DNA of 64,000 nucleotides, from assembly GCF_018350175.1 (NCBI RefSeq), contig NC_058368.1:310001-374000 (forward strand). Reading direction: 5' to 3'. A program made the position numbers and the translations under genes. This document shows positions 1 through 10,347 of this stretch, one piece after another; within the stretch, counting starts at the first letter, position 1; every line of letters begins with the position of its first letter. The stretch comes from Felis catus. Lineage: Eukaryota. The notes beneath the pieces were generated by a model. That model had not been told where the DNA came from and searched no databases. It was given only the letters and a program-made list of their open reading frames with translations.

Positions 1-34
1 GGACAATGATGGCAGATGGAAAGTCATAATATTA

Positions 35-230
35 ACTCTGTATAGCACCTAAGTGTGCATTTCACATTTGTCATCTCACTTGACGTTCAGCACCCCTGTG
101 CCATACCTGGACAGCATCTTCTGACCACAGAAGATGGTCCTGGGCCCAGGGAGCGGTGTGATTTGCCAGAGGAGAAGGAGACTCATATAACACATGGCAG
201 AGTGATGTCTGCCCAGCTTTCCTGTCGGCC
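35..230 (+). mobile_element. MIR remnant
   Basis: Degenerate MIR core (cacagaagatggtcctgggcccagggagcggtgtgatttgcc). Confidence 0.45.
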
Positions 231-342
231 ACATCCACCACTGTGTTTTAGGGCTGGCCTTGTGTAGGATATCAGGGTAACAAGGGCCCTAAGGCTTTTG
301 AGAGTCTCCCTAGTTTATACCTTTAGTTCTATTTTTCTAAAG

Positions 343-452
343 GGCATAAGTAACACATACTGCCCACAAAAGTTCCATCAGTACAAAAAAGTAAGCAATG
401 GGAAGCTAAAGTCCACTTGAGCCCAAATCTCAGCAGCCTCACAGGTCTGTGG
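343..452 (+). CDS. Possible further upstream exon of the plus-strand gene (boundaries ambiguous)
   Basis: Two alternatives: 343-390 (ttttctaaag| ... AAA|gtaagc, GISNTYCPQKFHQYKK) or 382-452 (catcag| ... TGG|gtgagt, QKSKQWEAKVHLSPNLSSLTGLW). Both end in phase 0, compatible with 893-968. Cannot be resolved from sequence. Confidence 0.2.
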
Positions 453-892
453 GTGAGTATTCATTTGCTCTTCTGTGGACCCCGTGGAAGCCCCTTCCAT
501 GACAGCCCATACTCTGAAATACTCCTGCCACTCACAAGAGTCTAAACTCTTGTAAAGCCTTCTTCCTTTAGGACCTGGGTGTTGAGCTTCACTGCAAAGA
601 AGCATGTGTTCAGTTCCCACCCGGACTCTGAGTCCCCAGACAGGGCTTGTGACAGGACAGGAACGGGGTGTGGAGGGACATCCATGGGCCTCACTACCTG
701 CTCTGACTTAGAACCACACTCAGAAATCTGAGAGCCCAAAACTGAGCATCATCCTGGGTGGGTCTAGCAGATGACAGCTCTGGGCGTGTGGTCTCTAAGC
801 TACCCCTGAATGGCCCTGATGTCTCTATGTTTGGGCTACTGACTAAAACACAGCTCTGGCTGCCACAGTGGGTGACCCTGGCTCTATGTTAG

Positions 893-968
893 AAGTGGTC
901 AGTGCTGTTTCCCCCTTTGCTCCTGGCTCCTCTCCCTCCCTGTGAGTGCCCAGTGGATGCCAGTCTAG
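893..968 (+). CDS. Candidate internal exon (KWSVLFPPLLLAPLPPCECPVDASL-G)
   Basis: Strong donor CTAG|gtaaga at 968/969 ends in phase 1, matching the phase-1 start of exon 2096. Acceptor ctctatgttag at 891-892 is moderate and alternative AGs exist downstream. Confidence 0.4.
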
Positions 969-1699
969 GTAAGAAGGGGGCTACCAGGCTGCTTTCTGCA
1001 AGGCTATATCACTTGTTTACTTTTTCCATGATGGCAGCCCTAGAATAAGAGGGCCATCTGCCCTCAATGGCCCTAGGGGAGAGGAGTTGGGGAGCAGGTC
1101 AGACACTAGCACCCCTCCCTGGTGTGCTTGCTGCATGTGTGGTCTATGAGACCCTGGGGATGGAGAATGTTATTAAGAGCTTTCCTTGACCTTCTCTGAA
1201 ACCATTCCCTCTTCTTAAACTTCTGGGCTGGGATATCTGGCCAACTGATCATGAGAAGGAGAAAGACAAAATCTGAAATTTGCCTGGGACTAAGCTGTAA
1301 AAACTCCATGTCCCAAAGATCCTCTCCACAGGCACTGATAGGAGCTGAATGCAAGAGTTAGCTATTGCTAACTGGAGGCAGAGGCTTCCATTATTTCTTG
1401 ATAAGGAACACTTTTTTTCTAAAAAATTATGTGATGAAAGTTTAGCAAATTAAAAAGAAGAAAGCAATTAAATACCCTGTAGCCCATCAGGCTCCCTGTG
1501 GGTGGCTATTTCAGCAAGTCAGAGTGAAGTTCTTGGAGACTGCTGGCTGTGAGCCCCAACACAGCATGGGGCTTGGCAGTGGGTGTCCTGAGTGCCCCGG
1601 GGATGCACAAGCAAAACACAGTACTTAGAAGTGTTCAAGCAGTCAGAAGTAACAGCGTAGATATGGTGATAAAAGATAGGTATACCTTTGAACATTTCT

Positions 1700-1800
1700 G
1701 AATATAAAATCAACACATGGTACATCTTAAACTTACACAGTGTTATGTTAATGATATCTCAATAAAGCTAGAAAACCCAAAAAAAAAAAAAAAGAAAAAA
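1700..1800 (+). mobile_element. Short L1 3' tail with AATAAA and poly(A)
   Basis: aaacttacacagtgttatg...tatctcaataaagctagaaaa followed by an A-tract; approximate TSD aaaagataggtata/aaaagatgtata. Confidence 0.65.
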
Positions 1801-2095
1801 AAGATGTATAAGAAGGGAAGAGATTATGTATAAAAATTTAACTACTCACACATAAAAAACCACAATGTGTCTTTCAAGGTTCAATCTGCATATAGTTAGC
1901 ACATTGGAGAGATTGCCTGAAGGAAGGAGAGAGATGCAGGCAGGCTCTGGGATGAAAGGTGGAAGGAATAAAAAGGCAAGAGGCTCCCATCAAAGGCTTC
2001 AGAACTGAGAAAAATCAAGGAAGTGTGAGGTGGGGAGTCTGTGGTCAGACGAGATGATTGTGTCTCAGGCTACTCTCTGTGTTCTCCTTCCCCAG

Positions 2096-2211
2096 GCCGC
2101 ACCCCCAGTGTCACACCCCTGGGCTTTCAGCTGGAACTTGACAGAGTGATTGTGGCACTGGCATCAGCACTTTCTCACGCACACAGGCAACCAGCTGGGG
2201 CCAACAGAAAG
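2096..2211 (+). CDS. Internal coding exon of an uncharacterised gene (G-RTPSVTPLGFQLELDRVIVALASALSHAHRQPAGANRK)
   Basis: Polypyrimidine acceptor tctctgtgttctccttccccag|, donor AAG|gtgaaa; 116 nt, phase 1 to 0, open frame joins exon 3013. Confidence 0.6.
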
Positions 2212-2294
2212 GTGAAAGCTCCCCAGGGCACTAGAGTGCACCTGCGTATTCAGACAGCTTCAGTGTCACCCTGACCTCGTGGAGACTCATTTGG

Positions 2295-2455
2295 CATACA
2301 CGCGTGCACACAAACACACACACACGTGCACATTCACACACACACAAAACACCGTTCACATACACAAACATGCATGCACACATCACACATGCGCACATTC
2401 ATACTTACACACTCGCGCACACACACACATGCGCAGACACCACACGCACATATGT
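2295..2455. repeat. Degenerate (CA)n-rich simple repeat
   Basis: Run of cacaca/catg/cgca units; explains the His/Thr-rich spurious ORFs. Confidence 0.9.
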
Positions 2456-3012
2456 GCTTAGGCCTCACACTCTTCAGGTGGCTCTGCACTCTGCTAGAAA
2501 AGCAGAGTGTGCTGCCTGTGCTCCTAGGTTAACCCCTGTCTTCAGCTATTTATCTCCACCAAGATGTGTGTCAGGGACAATCTCCCCAGTCCCTTGTTGA
2601 TCTGGCCTCTTACACAGAGCTCAAAAGGGAAGCACGATTCATGCATCCTACACTGAGAGCAGCATGTCAAATGGAAGAAAGACTCAAAGGGCCTCTGTTC
2701 AGGAGTCTCTGGCTGGCACACCCCAGTGCAATAGGGCAGAATCCATCACAGCAACATGTGTTCCCAAGGCACCTGTAGGGATGTAGAAAAGAGAGACCAT
2801 GATACATATCAGGTCTTATCTGCTACTGAGCAGACACTTGGGGCCCCCAAGAGCACTAGGCAGTCAGTGGCCTGGCCACACCAAGAAACAGAATCCCAAG
2901 TTCAGATCAGTGCAGGTGTCCATATTGGTTCAGCAATGATGCCCTTGTCCATTACTGTTCTTTACTGAGCCCAGAACTGAAGGAAAGCTACAGGATTATC
3001 TGTTCTTCCAAG

Positions 3013-3131
3013 GCCTCTGTTCAGGTTGGTGAACAGCCTCTTCGTACCTACCAACAAAACCCTCAACTGGCAAGTAACATGTCCCTGCAGCCACAGCCTC
3101 CACCACTGGATGAGGAGAACCAAAGTACAAG
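3013..3131 (+). CDS. Internal coding exon (ASVQVGEQPLRTYQQNPQLASNMSLQPQPPPLDEENQST-S)
   Basis: Acceptor tatctgttcttccaag|, donor AG|gtgggg; 119 nt, phase 0 to 2, which is exactly the phase needed to link exons 2096 and 6505. Confidence 0.6.
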
Positions 3132-3748
3132 GTGGGGACAGGCATCAGCACCAAAGCTTACACACAGCAGCTATATTCTTTGGGTGTGGCCCTTAGCATC
3201 TAGTACTGAGAATCTTATCTTCCATAACCAACACCTCATTTAAAGCTTAACCCACTCAAATCCAGCTGAAGGATTCAGGATGCTCTGCCCATAGTAATTT
3301 CCCCTATTGTCCCAGCTACTTTGGTTTACCAAGAGGTCACTGATTTAACTCATCAGAACTCATGTCATTTACTGGGTTTGTTCCCACCCATGGGGATGAG
3401 GTCACATTCACTCTGGCTGACCCTAGACTTTATAACCCCACCCCACCTCCTTCCAATGCTCCTTCTTCTGATATATCATCTCTTCTGGGGTGTAGCCATG
3501 TGGGCTTGTGTTCTTCCTCCAAGTTGACCAAGAGGCTAAGATGGATTTATTTGCTTGTGTAGACTTGATTTCTCTCCGTGCATTCAGATTTATGCTCTGT
3601 TCCTCCCTTCATCCCCTTTTAATTATCATAAGTGGTAGTAGTCATATTGAATGCTTTGTGTATCCTGGTGCTAAGGTAAGCACTTTATCTGCTAAGTTAA
3701 TCCTCGCAATAACCCTGTGAAGTAGATACTATTGCTAGCTCCATTTTA

Positions 3749-3954
3749 CCTTTATTTTTTTAGGTTTATTTTGATAGAGAGAGAGAGAAAGGAGAGAGAG
3801 AGAGAGGTGGGGGAGGGGCAGAGAGAGAAGGAGAGAGGATCCCAAGCATGTTCCACACTACCAGTGCAGAACCCAATACCAGGCTCAAACTCACCAACTA
3901 TGAAATCAGGACCTGAGCCAAAATCAAGAGTCAGTCACTTAATCCAGGAAACCC
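3749..3954 (-). mobile_element. Can-SINE inserted in a MIR
   Basis: T-tract, (GA)n and tRNA-derived head on the minus strand; TSD tagctccatttta at 3736-3748 and 3955-3967. Confidence 0.9.
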
Positions 3955-4281
3955 TAGCTCCATTTTAAAGATGAGAGAACCAGGTTTCAGAAAGGCCAAG
4001 CTTTATGATAGAGCTGGGATATCAGTGCAAGGGATCTGAGTCTCAGAGCCCACCCTGCACTAACCTCCCCGTTAATTCTTCCACCAAAGCTACGACAGTC
4101 TTTCCTCCCAGAAACTTCTCTTCCATTGATTTCCTTATTTAGGTTGCCTAGAAAACTTACATAAATGAAGTCTCTTGCAGGCAAGGGGAGAGGAATCTTG
4201 ACTCTCCTGCTAAAGTCATGGGGCCTGGGTTCCTAGAGGATCAGGGACTCCAGAAAGAAGGATCACACAAAGGCAAGTTAG

Positions 4282-4850
4282 TGTAGGGACCAAGGGCTGA
4301 CCCTGGCCCAAGATAGGCCACTCTGGCATGAAAATCATTTTGAGTTAGAAGCAATCAAAATCCAGCAAACTCAGGAAAAACTCTTTTTCTCCCCCTCTAC
4401 TGCCTAAAAGAATTTAGGTAGAGGACCTGCTCCAGGAAAATAGCTGTCACCATAGATAACTACATGTAATACGTACATGTAGTACATAGTATTGTAATAT
4501 GAATGAGGTATGGTGGACAGGGAGGAACCTAGCAAGGCCTGTTTGATCAAAACCTTCTATGTCTCATTGTTTCTGTGGGCCCAGCAACCATCTGTTTACC
4601 AAACATTTATTCTCATTCTCCCTGTGAATTGCTTTCTTTCCCTTTGAAGTCCCAGACCCCTACCCCTTCTCCTTAGTTTAGGATGACACATACACCTCAT
4701 TTTCCCTGTGTTTGGAATCTCATGTCTGTGTGGATTCCCTGTACATGTGAAACTAAATTTGATTTTCTCCTGTTACTCTGTCTCATGTCAATTTGATTTA
4801 GTCCAGCTAGAAGGACCTTGAAGGGCAGAGGAAATTCTTCCTCCCCAACA
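4282..4850 (+). mobile_element. ERV1-class solo LTR (MER34/CarLTR-like), copy A
   Basis: TG...CA termini (tgtaggga...ctccccaaca); similar along its length to the copies at 6919, 20298 and 21072. Confidence 0.8.
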
Positions 4851-4900
4851 TTTATAATCCAGGACCTAGCTAGACTGGGCTCTTCCCTGAAAGTAGTGCC

Positions 4901-5036
4901 TATTTATTTATTTATTTATTTAAGAAGTCTTCACATCCAGGACAGAGCCCAACATGGAGCCTGAACTCACAACCCTGAGATTAAGACCTGAGCTGAGATC
5001 AAGAGTTGGATGCTTAACTGACTGAGCCACCCAGGC
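4901..5036 (-). mobile_element. Short Can-SINE
   Basis: (TTTA)n tail and ...gagatcaagagttggatgcttaactgactgagccacccaggc head. Confidence 0.85.
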
Positions 5037-5454
5037 TTTCCAGCCAGTGTCATGACCTACAACCTGAGGATAATTTCACTCAACAGATGTTTATTGCTGT
5101 CTTTGATACAGAACTGAAGGAGTCAGGAAGAGCAAGTGATTATAATAAAAGGCTATAGAGGTTTAAAGACATCTGCAAGGATCAGGAAAGGTTTTTGTGA
5201 TGGTAGTATTCTTTGAAATAGGCTTTAAAATAAGGGTAGGGTCCTAACTGGCAGAGGCATTGAGGAAGGGTGTTCCTGGAGGAGAACAGTGTTGACAAAA
5301 ACATGGTGGTGAGAAAGCTCAGATATGGCTCATGAACTGCAACCAGTCCCAGAGGCCTAAAGGCTCACTGAAGATAGTCCACCCCTCTCATATCAAGGGA
5401 CAGAAACTGAGATTGAAAATTGAGTTTCCCAAAGGGAGTCTGAAGAGTATAGCA

Positions 5455-5722
5455 GTGTACTGACCAGGATCCCAACAGGAAACAAGCACCTTCTAGATAG
5501 AAAATTTGAGAGAAATGTAATAAAGGAGGACATATAAAGGTGTGGGCAGATACATGTTACCACAAAGGCTAACACAGTTCCCTAGAGCAAACAGAACTGG
5601 GCCAACATCTCCCTGTCCCAGGCCTGAAGGGTGAGGGCACAAAGCAGTTACTGAGCCACAGATGGAACACCAGTTAGGGAGGCTCTAACAGACACAGCTC
5701 TCACAGGGCACAACCAGCCTGA
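5455..5722. mobile_element. Ancient ERVL-type LTR remnant (LTR41/LTR33-like), interrupted by the LTR at 5723
   Basis: tgtactgaccaggatcccaacaggaaaca...aaaggtgtgggcag...aggcctgaaggg resembles a recalled ERVL LTR consensus. Confidence 0.4.
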
Positions 5723-6278
5723 TATAGGGAAAGAAAAAAATTCCTTTCTTCTACCCATCGTAGGTTCTTGGCTAGGGCCCAGTAAATTAGACTAACAAAA
5801 GATGAGCATTAACATGCACATGGCACATACACATGAAAGCACTCAGTGAAGAGTAAAGGAAGGAAGGGTGTTGAGAACTTGGGCTTACACAGCATCTTAA
5901 TAAAATAACAGTAAATTTTTAGAGAGGCTACAAGACAAAATAAATGGTCTTTGAGTTTCTTGGGTGTCAAATTGTCAGAAGGTAAATATATGGAAGAACC
6001 AGTGGTGGATAAGGGCTAGTTTTAGCAAGGTTTTTGTGTAAATTCCTGTGGTGCCAATTCCAGGCTGATAAACATCTAGAGTTACCTTGGTGATTAACTC
6101 CTGCCCTTCCTAGAGAAAGAGGGAGGAGGGCATCTTTAAAATGTATGTCCTGCTTTTAGTAAAATAGGGTAAGGGCAGAGATCTTTCCTTATATCTGTTT
6201 CTTCTCAATTGCCTTCAGCTCAAAATAATCAATATGCCAAGTTGGCACATTTCTCAGTGACATATTCTGTACCTGTCA
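5723..6278 (-). mobile_element. ERV1-class solo LTR (MER34-related, second subfamily)
   Basis: Perfect 4-bp TSD ctga (5719-5722 and 6279-6282); terminal caaaataatcaatatgccaa motif shared with the other LTRs. Confidence 0.75.
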
Positions 6279-6504
6279 CTGAGAAGTCACTCACCTGCTG
6301 AGGCAGGGACAGCTATGTGGGTGCAGCTTCAGGGAATCTATGCATCTGTCAGTTTCTCTGTCACATGAATAATCTCATTCTTCTCTAATCCCAGACTCCT
6401 CAGGGAGGAGTTAAGAGTGGCCAATGTCTTCTTTTTTCTGGTTGGGAAGATGTACTATTGGGCAGCAGAGGCCTAAAGGGGTGTCTCTCATTCCCTTTTC
6501 CCAG

Positions 6505-6634
6505 CTCTCAGCAGGACCTGGGACCTGGACAGCTTCCCCAGTGTGCTGCCAAAGGAGGAGGCACCGAGAGCCCAGGCTCTAGGTTGTGGATCATCGGGGC
6601 TGGACACAGGCATGGAGCCTTTCCTGAGATGCAG
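6505..6634 (+). CDS. Internal coding exon (SQQDLGPGQLPQCAAKGGGTESPGSRLWIIGAGHRHGAFPEMQ)
   Basis: Acceptor tctctcattcccttttcccag|, donor CAG|gtagga; 130 nt, phase 2 to 0; unique sequence between LTRs. Confidence 0.7.
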
Positions 6635-6918
6635 GTAGGATCCTGGCTCTGTGACCAAGGTCCTCTTCACCTCGGGGAGTGCTATGGGCCACCATCTCCT
6701 CCAACCTCTCATTGTCACCTCCAAGGATTCTGAGCTGTCCAGTTGTCCCATCTTTCAACCCTGCTTGTTACCTACACACTGTATATGATTCTGGGGCCCA
6801 GAAATCAAATACAGGGGTGGAGAAAATATGAGTAGAAGTGATACTTTGTGGAAAAAGAAATTAGGATTAAAGAATACTGGCCAAGAAAATCACTCATTAA
6901 GTGTTCACTGATTGTCCA

Positions 6919-7671
6919 TGTAGGGGAGGAAACCATTTTTCTCTGTCTTTCAAGACTCTTCTAGCTGGACTAAAAATTAAATTGACATGAGACAGATTAA
7001 CAGGAAAAAATCAAATTTGATTTTGTATGTATGGGGAATCCACACAGACCTCAGATTCTAAAGTCAGTCAGACAAAATGAGGTATGTCCTGAACTAAGAA
7101 GAAGGTAAGAAATTCAATTCACAGGAAGATGAAAAAGAGTAAATGTTTAGTCAATAAATGTTTACTGGGTCATCCAGAAACAATAGGACATAGAGAGGAC
7201 TTTGATTAAACAGGCCTTGCACCATTCCTCCTTGTCTACCACACCTGGCTCATATTACAATGTAGTTTTCTATGGTGACATCACTCTTCCTGGAGCAGGT
7301 CCTCTATCTAAATTATTTTAGGTGGTTGTGGAAGAAGGTCAAGTCCTTTGAGCCTTGACTATTTTATTTATTTATTTTTTCAGCGTTTTTATTTTTATTT
7401 TTGGGACAGAGAGAGAGCATGAACGGGGGAGGGGCAGAGAGAGAGGGAGACACAGAATCGGAAACAGGCTCCAGGCTCTGAGCCATCAGCCCAGAGCCTG
7501 ATGCAGGGCTTGAACTCACGGACCGCGAGATTGTGACCTGGTTGAAGTCGGACGCTTAACCAACTGTGCCACCGAGGCGCCCCAGAGCCTTGACTATTTT
7601 AAACTTGGCATAATCTGCATGCCAACATGGCCTGTCTTGGCAGGGGAGGGGTGCTGTCCCAGGCCCCTGCA
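6919..7671 (-). mobile_element. ERV1-class solo LTR, copy B (reverse complement of the copy A family), interrupted by a SINE
   Basis: TG/CA termini; flanks tcca/tcta (4-bp TSD, one mismatch); internal similarity to 4282-4850. Confidence 0.8.
7367..7583 (-). mobile_element. SINEC_Fc (young felid Can-SINE)
   Basis: Near-consensus with CpGs retained; 17-bp TSD gagccttgactatttta. Confidence 0.95.
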
Positions 7672-7689
7672 TCTATAATATTCACAAGG

Positions 7690-8360
7690 GCAAGAGGTAG
7701 GATCCTGTGAAGGTTTAAAAGAATCTTCAAAACAATGGTAAAAAATCCCAAATGAAAGTAATAATAGTTATGATCACATAATAATATAAAACAGGAGTCT
7801 AGGTAAAAATTTACTATCAACAGATACTTTTGCTCTATGAGGAAAAAATGTGTAAATGACCCTAAGAGAAAGGAAATACAGACATATAAAATTATATGAA
7901 AAATGTTCAAAGAATCAGAGAAATAGTAGTTAAACTAGATGCCCTTTTTTATCTACCTAAAACATTTAACTAAAGTATTAATTATTTGTGAGAATGAAGG
8001 AGATAGTCACTCCCACATCCAGCTGGTTGAGGATAAAAAGTTAAAACCTTCCTGGAAAACAATCCATCAATTTGTGTCAAAAGTCTCTAAAATATTCATT
8101 CCATTTGACTCAATATCTCCAATCCTAAGAATCTCTCTAAGGGGAAAAATTTTTAGATACAGGCAAATATGAGGAAACAAGGACATTGAAATTTTTTATA
8201 TCAGGGTTATAGAGCTCTGGTAGAGCTCTGTCATAAAAAATGTCTTTATAAAAAATAAGGTTATAGAGAATTTTCAATGTTATTAAGGTAAAAGATGAAG
8301 ATAGAGAATTGCACATATAACATGATTTCATATGTGGGTATATATGTTGTTAAAAAGACA
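7690..8360 (+). mobile_element. Ancient L1 (L1ME-like) 3' fragment
   Basis: A-rich; degenerate L1 ORF2-end motifs such as ccatttgactcaatatctccaatcctaagaatct. Confidence 0.5.
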
Positions 8361-8406
8361 CATGAGAAACAGAGAGCCATAAAAGCAGGAGTAAAACTAT
8401 CTTGGG

Positions 8407-8408
<2 letters not shown>

Positions 8409-8443
<35 letters not shown>
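8409..8443. repeat. (GA)n microsatellite
   Basis: Pure GA run. Confidence 0.95.
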
Positions 8444-8447
<4 letters not shown>

Positions 8448-8487
8448 TGAAATGTGAAGGCCTGAAATGTAAGAATGATTACTGAGT

Positions 8488-8945
8488 ATCAGTCAGCTCT
8501 TGCTGCAGGACCAACAACACAAATTCCCAGCAATGGATGTCTGGGGACTCAGCTGATCTGGTCTGGGCCACCCCTCAGTTCTGGGTCTTGACAAGGTGTC
8601 TGCATTTCACCTGAGTTCCAGCTCCAGACTGGGCTTGCTTGAGACTCTGGGAGCAACTGTGCATCCAAAGTCTCTCCTCCTCCTCCCAGAGCCAGCAGGC
8701 TAGTCTGGACATGTCCTTCTTAAGGTGTTGGCAGAATCGCAAAAGGCCTCTTGAGTCCCAGGCTCAAAACTAGCATCAGGTGACTTCTGCCTATCTTAAT
8801 GGCCAAAGGAAGTCAGACGGTGGAGCTCAGCTTCAAGCTGTGAGAAAAAAGCCCACCCACTGTGGGAGGCACTGCAGAAGAGCATGGCAATGGGCCCAGG
8901 CCCAAAGGGTGGGAAGAAGTAGAGCCTTTGATGCAGTCCACCTCA
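8488..8945 (-). mobile_element. MaLR solo LTR (MLT1-like)
   Basis: tatcagtcagctcttgctgc start; tgacttctgcctatcttaatggccaaaggaagtca motif typical of MLT1 on the reverse strand. Confidence 0.6.
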
Positions 8946-8980
8946 GTGGGTTATCATGATATTAATGTACTTGTTTATAT

Positions 8981-9198
8981 TATTTAAATTCGTTTAATGT
9001 TTGTTTATTTCTGAGAGAGAGAGAGACAGAACACAAGTTGGGGAGGGGCACAGAGAGGGGGAGACACAGAATCCAAAGCAGGCTCCCAGCTTCAAGCTGT
9101 CAGCACAGAGCCCTACACAGGGCATGAACCCATGAACCATGAGATCATGACCTGAGCCGAAGTTGGACTCTGAACAGAATGAGCCACCCAGGTGCCCC
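8981..9198 (-). mobile_element. Can-SINE
   Basis: Full body on the minus strand; TSD tgtttatat. Confidence 0.92.
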
Positions 9199-9324
9199 TG
9201 TTTATATATTTAAATGTTATATTTACTAATATTCTACACTGAACCAGGGATACCTTTTACAATGAGAAAAACAGAAGTTGGGAGATTTTTTTGTTCTGGC
9301 ATATTTTTGTCTTTTATTTCCTTT

Positions 9325-10347
9325 TTTACTATTTAAATTCAAGTTAGTTAACATATAGTGCATTAATATTAGTTTTAGGAGAACTCAATGATTCATCACT
9401 TACATATAACACCCAGTGCTTGTTCCAAAAAATGCCCTCCTTAATGCCCATCACTCATTTAGCCCAACCCCCTACAAAACTCCCTTCCAGCAACCCTTGG
9501 TTTGTTCTCTGTATTTAAGAGTCTCTTTTGGTTTGCTTCCCTCTCTGCTTTTATCTTATTTTTCCTTCCCCTCCCCTATGTTCATCTGTTGTGTTTTGTA
9601 ATTCCACATTTGAGTGAAATCATATATTTGTCTTTCTCTGATGGACTTATTTCACTTGGCATAATATACTCTAGTTCCATCCACATTGTTGTAAATGGCA
9701 AGATTTCATTCTTTTTGATTGCTGAGTGATATTCTATTGTATAGATATATAGATGATATAGATAGATAGATATAGATATAGATAGATATGCTACATCTTC
9801 TTTATCCATTCATCAGTAAATGGACATTCAAGATCTTTCCATAATTTGGCTATTGTTGATAGTGCTACTATAAACACTGGGGTACATGTGCCCCTTCGAA
9901 TCTGTATTTTTGCATCCTTTGGGCAAATACCTACTAGTGCAATTGCTGGGTTATAGCGTAGGTCTATTTTTAACTTTTTGAGGAAACTCCATACTGTTTT
10001 CCAGAGTGGCTTCACCAGTTTTTATTCCTACCAATGGTACAAAAGTATTCCCCTTTTTCCACATCCTTGCCAACATCGGTTGTTTCCTGAATTGTTAATT
10101 TTAGCCATTCTGGCAGGTGTGAGGTGGTATCTCAGTGTGGTTTTGATTTGTATTTTCCTGATGATGAGTTATGTTGAGCATCTTTTCATGTGTCTGTTTG
10201 CCATCTGAATGTCCTCTTTGGAAAAGTGTCTATTCATGTCTTCTGCCCATTTCTTCACTGAATTATTTGTTTTTGGGGTGTTGAGTTTAATAAATTCTTA
10301 TAGATTTTGGATACTAACCCTTTATCCAATATGTCATTTGCAAATAT
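9325..10347 (-). mobile_element. 5'-truncated carnivore L1 (ORF2 C-terminus and 3'UTR) with internal (GATA/TA)n expansion
   Basis: Minus-strand ORFs [18 protein letters not shown].../EYHSAIKKNEILPFTTMWMELE match the L1 ORF2 C-terminus. Confidence 0.92.

Noticed and set aside
55..267. ORF with a possible acceptor at about 130
   Set aside because: Overlaps a MIR remnant; no convincing donor.
2279..2600. His/Thr-rich ORFs
   Set aside because: Products of the (CA)n-rich simple repeat.
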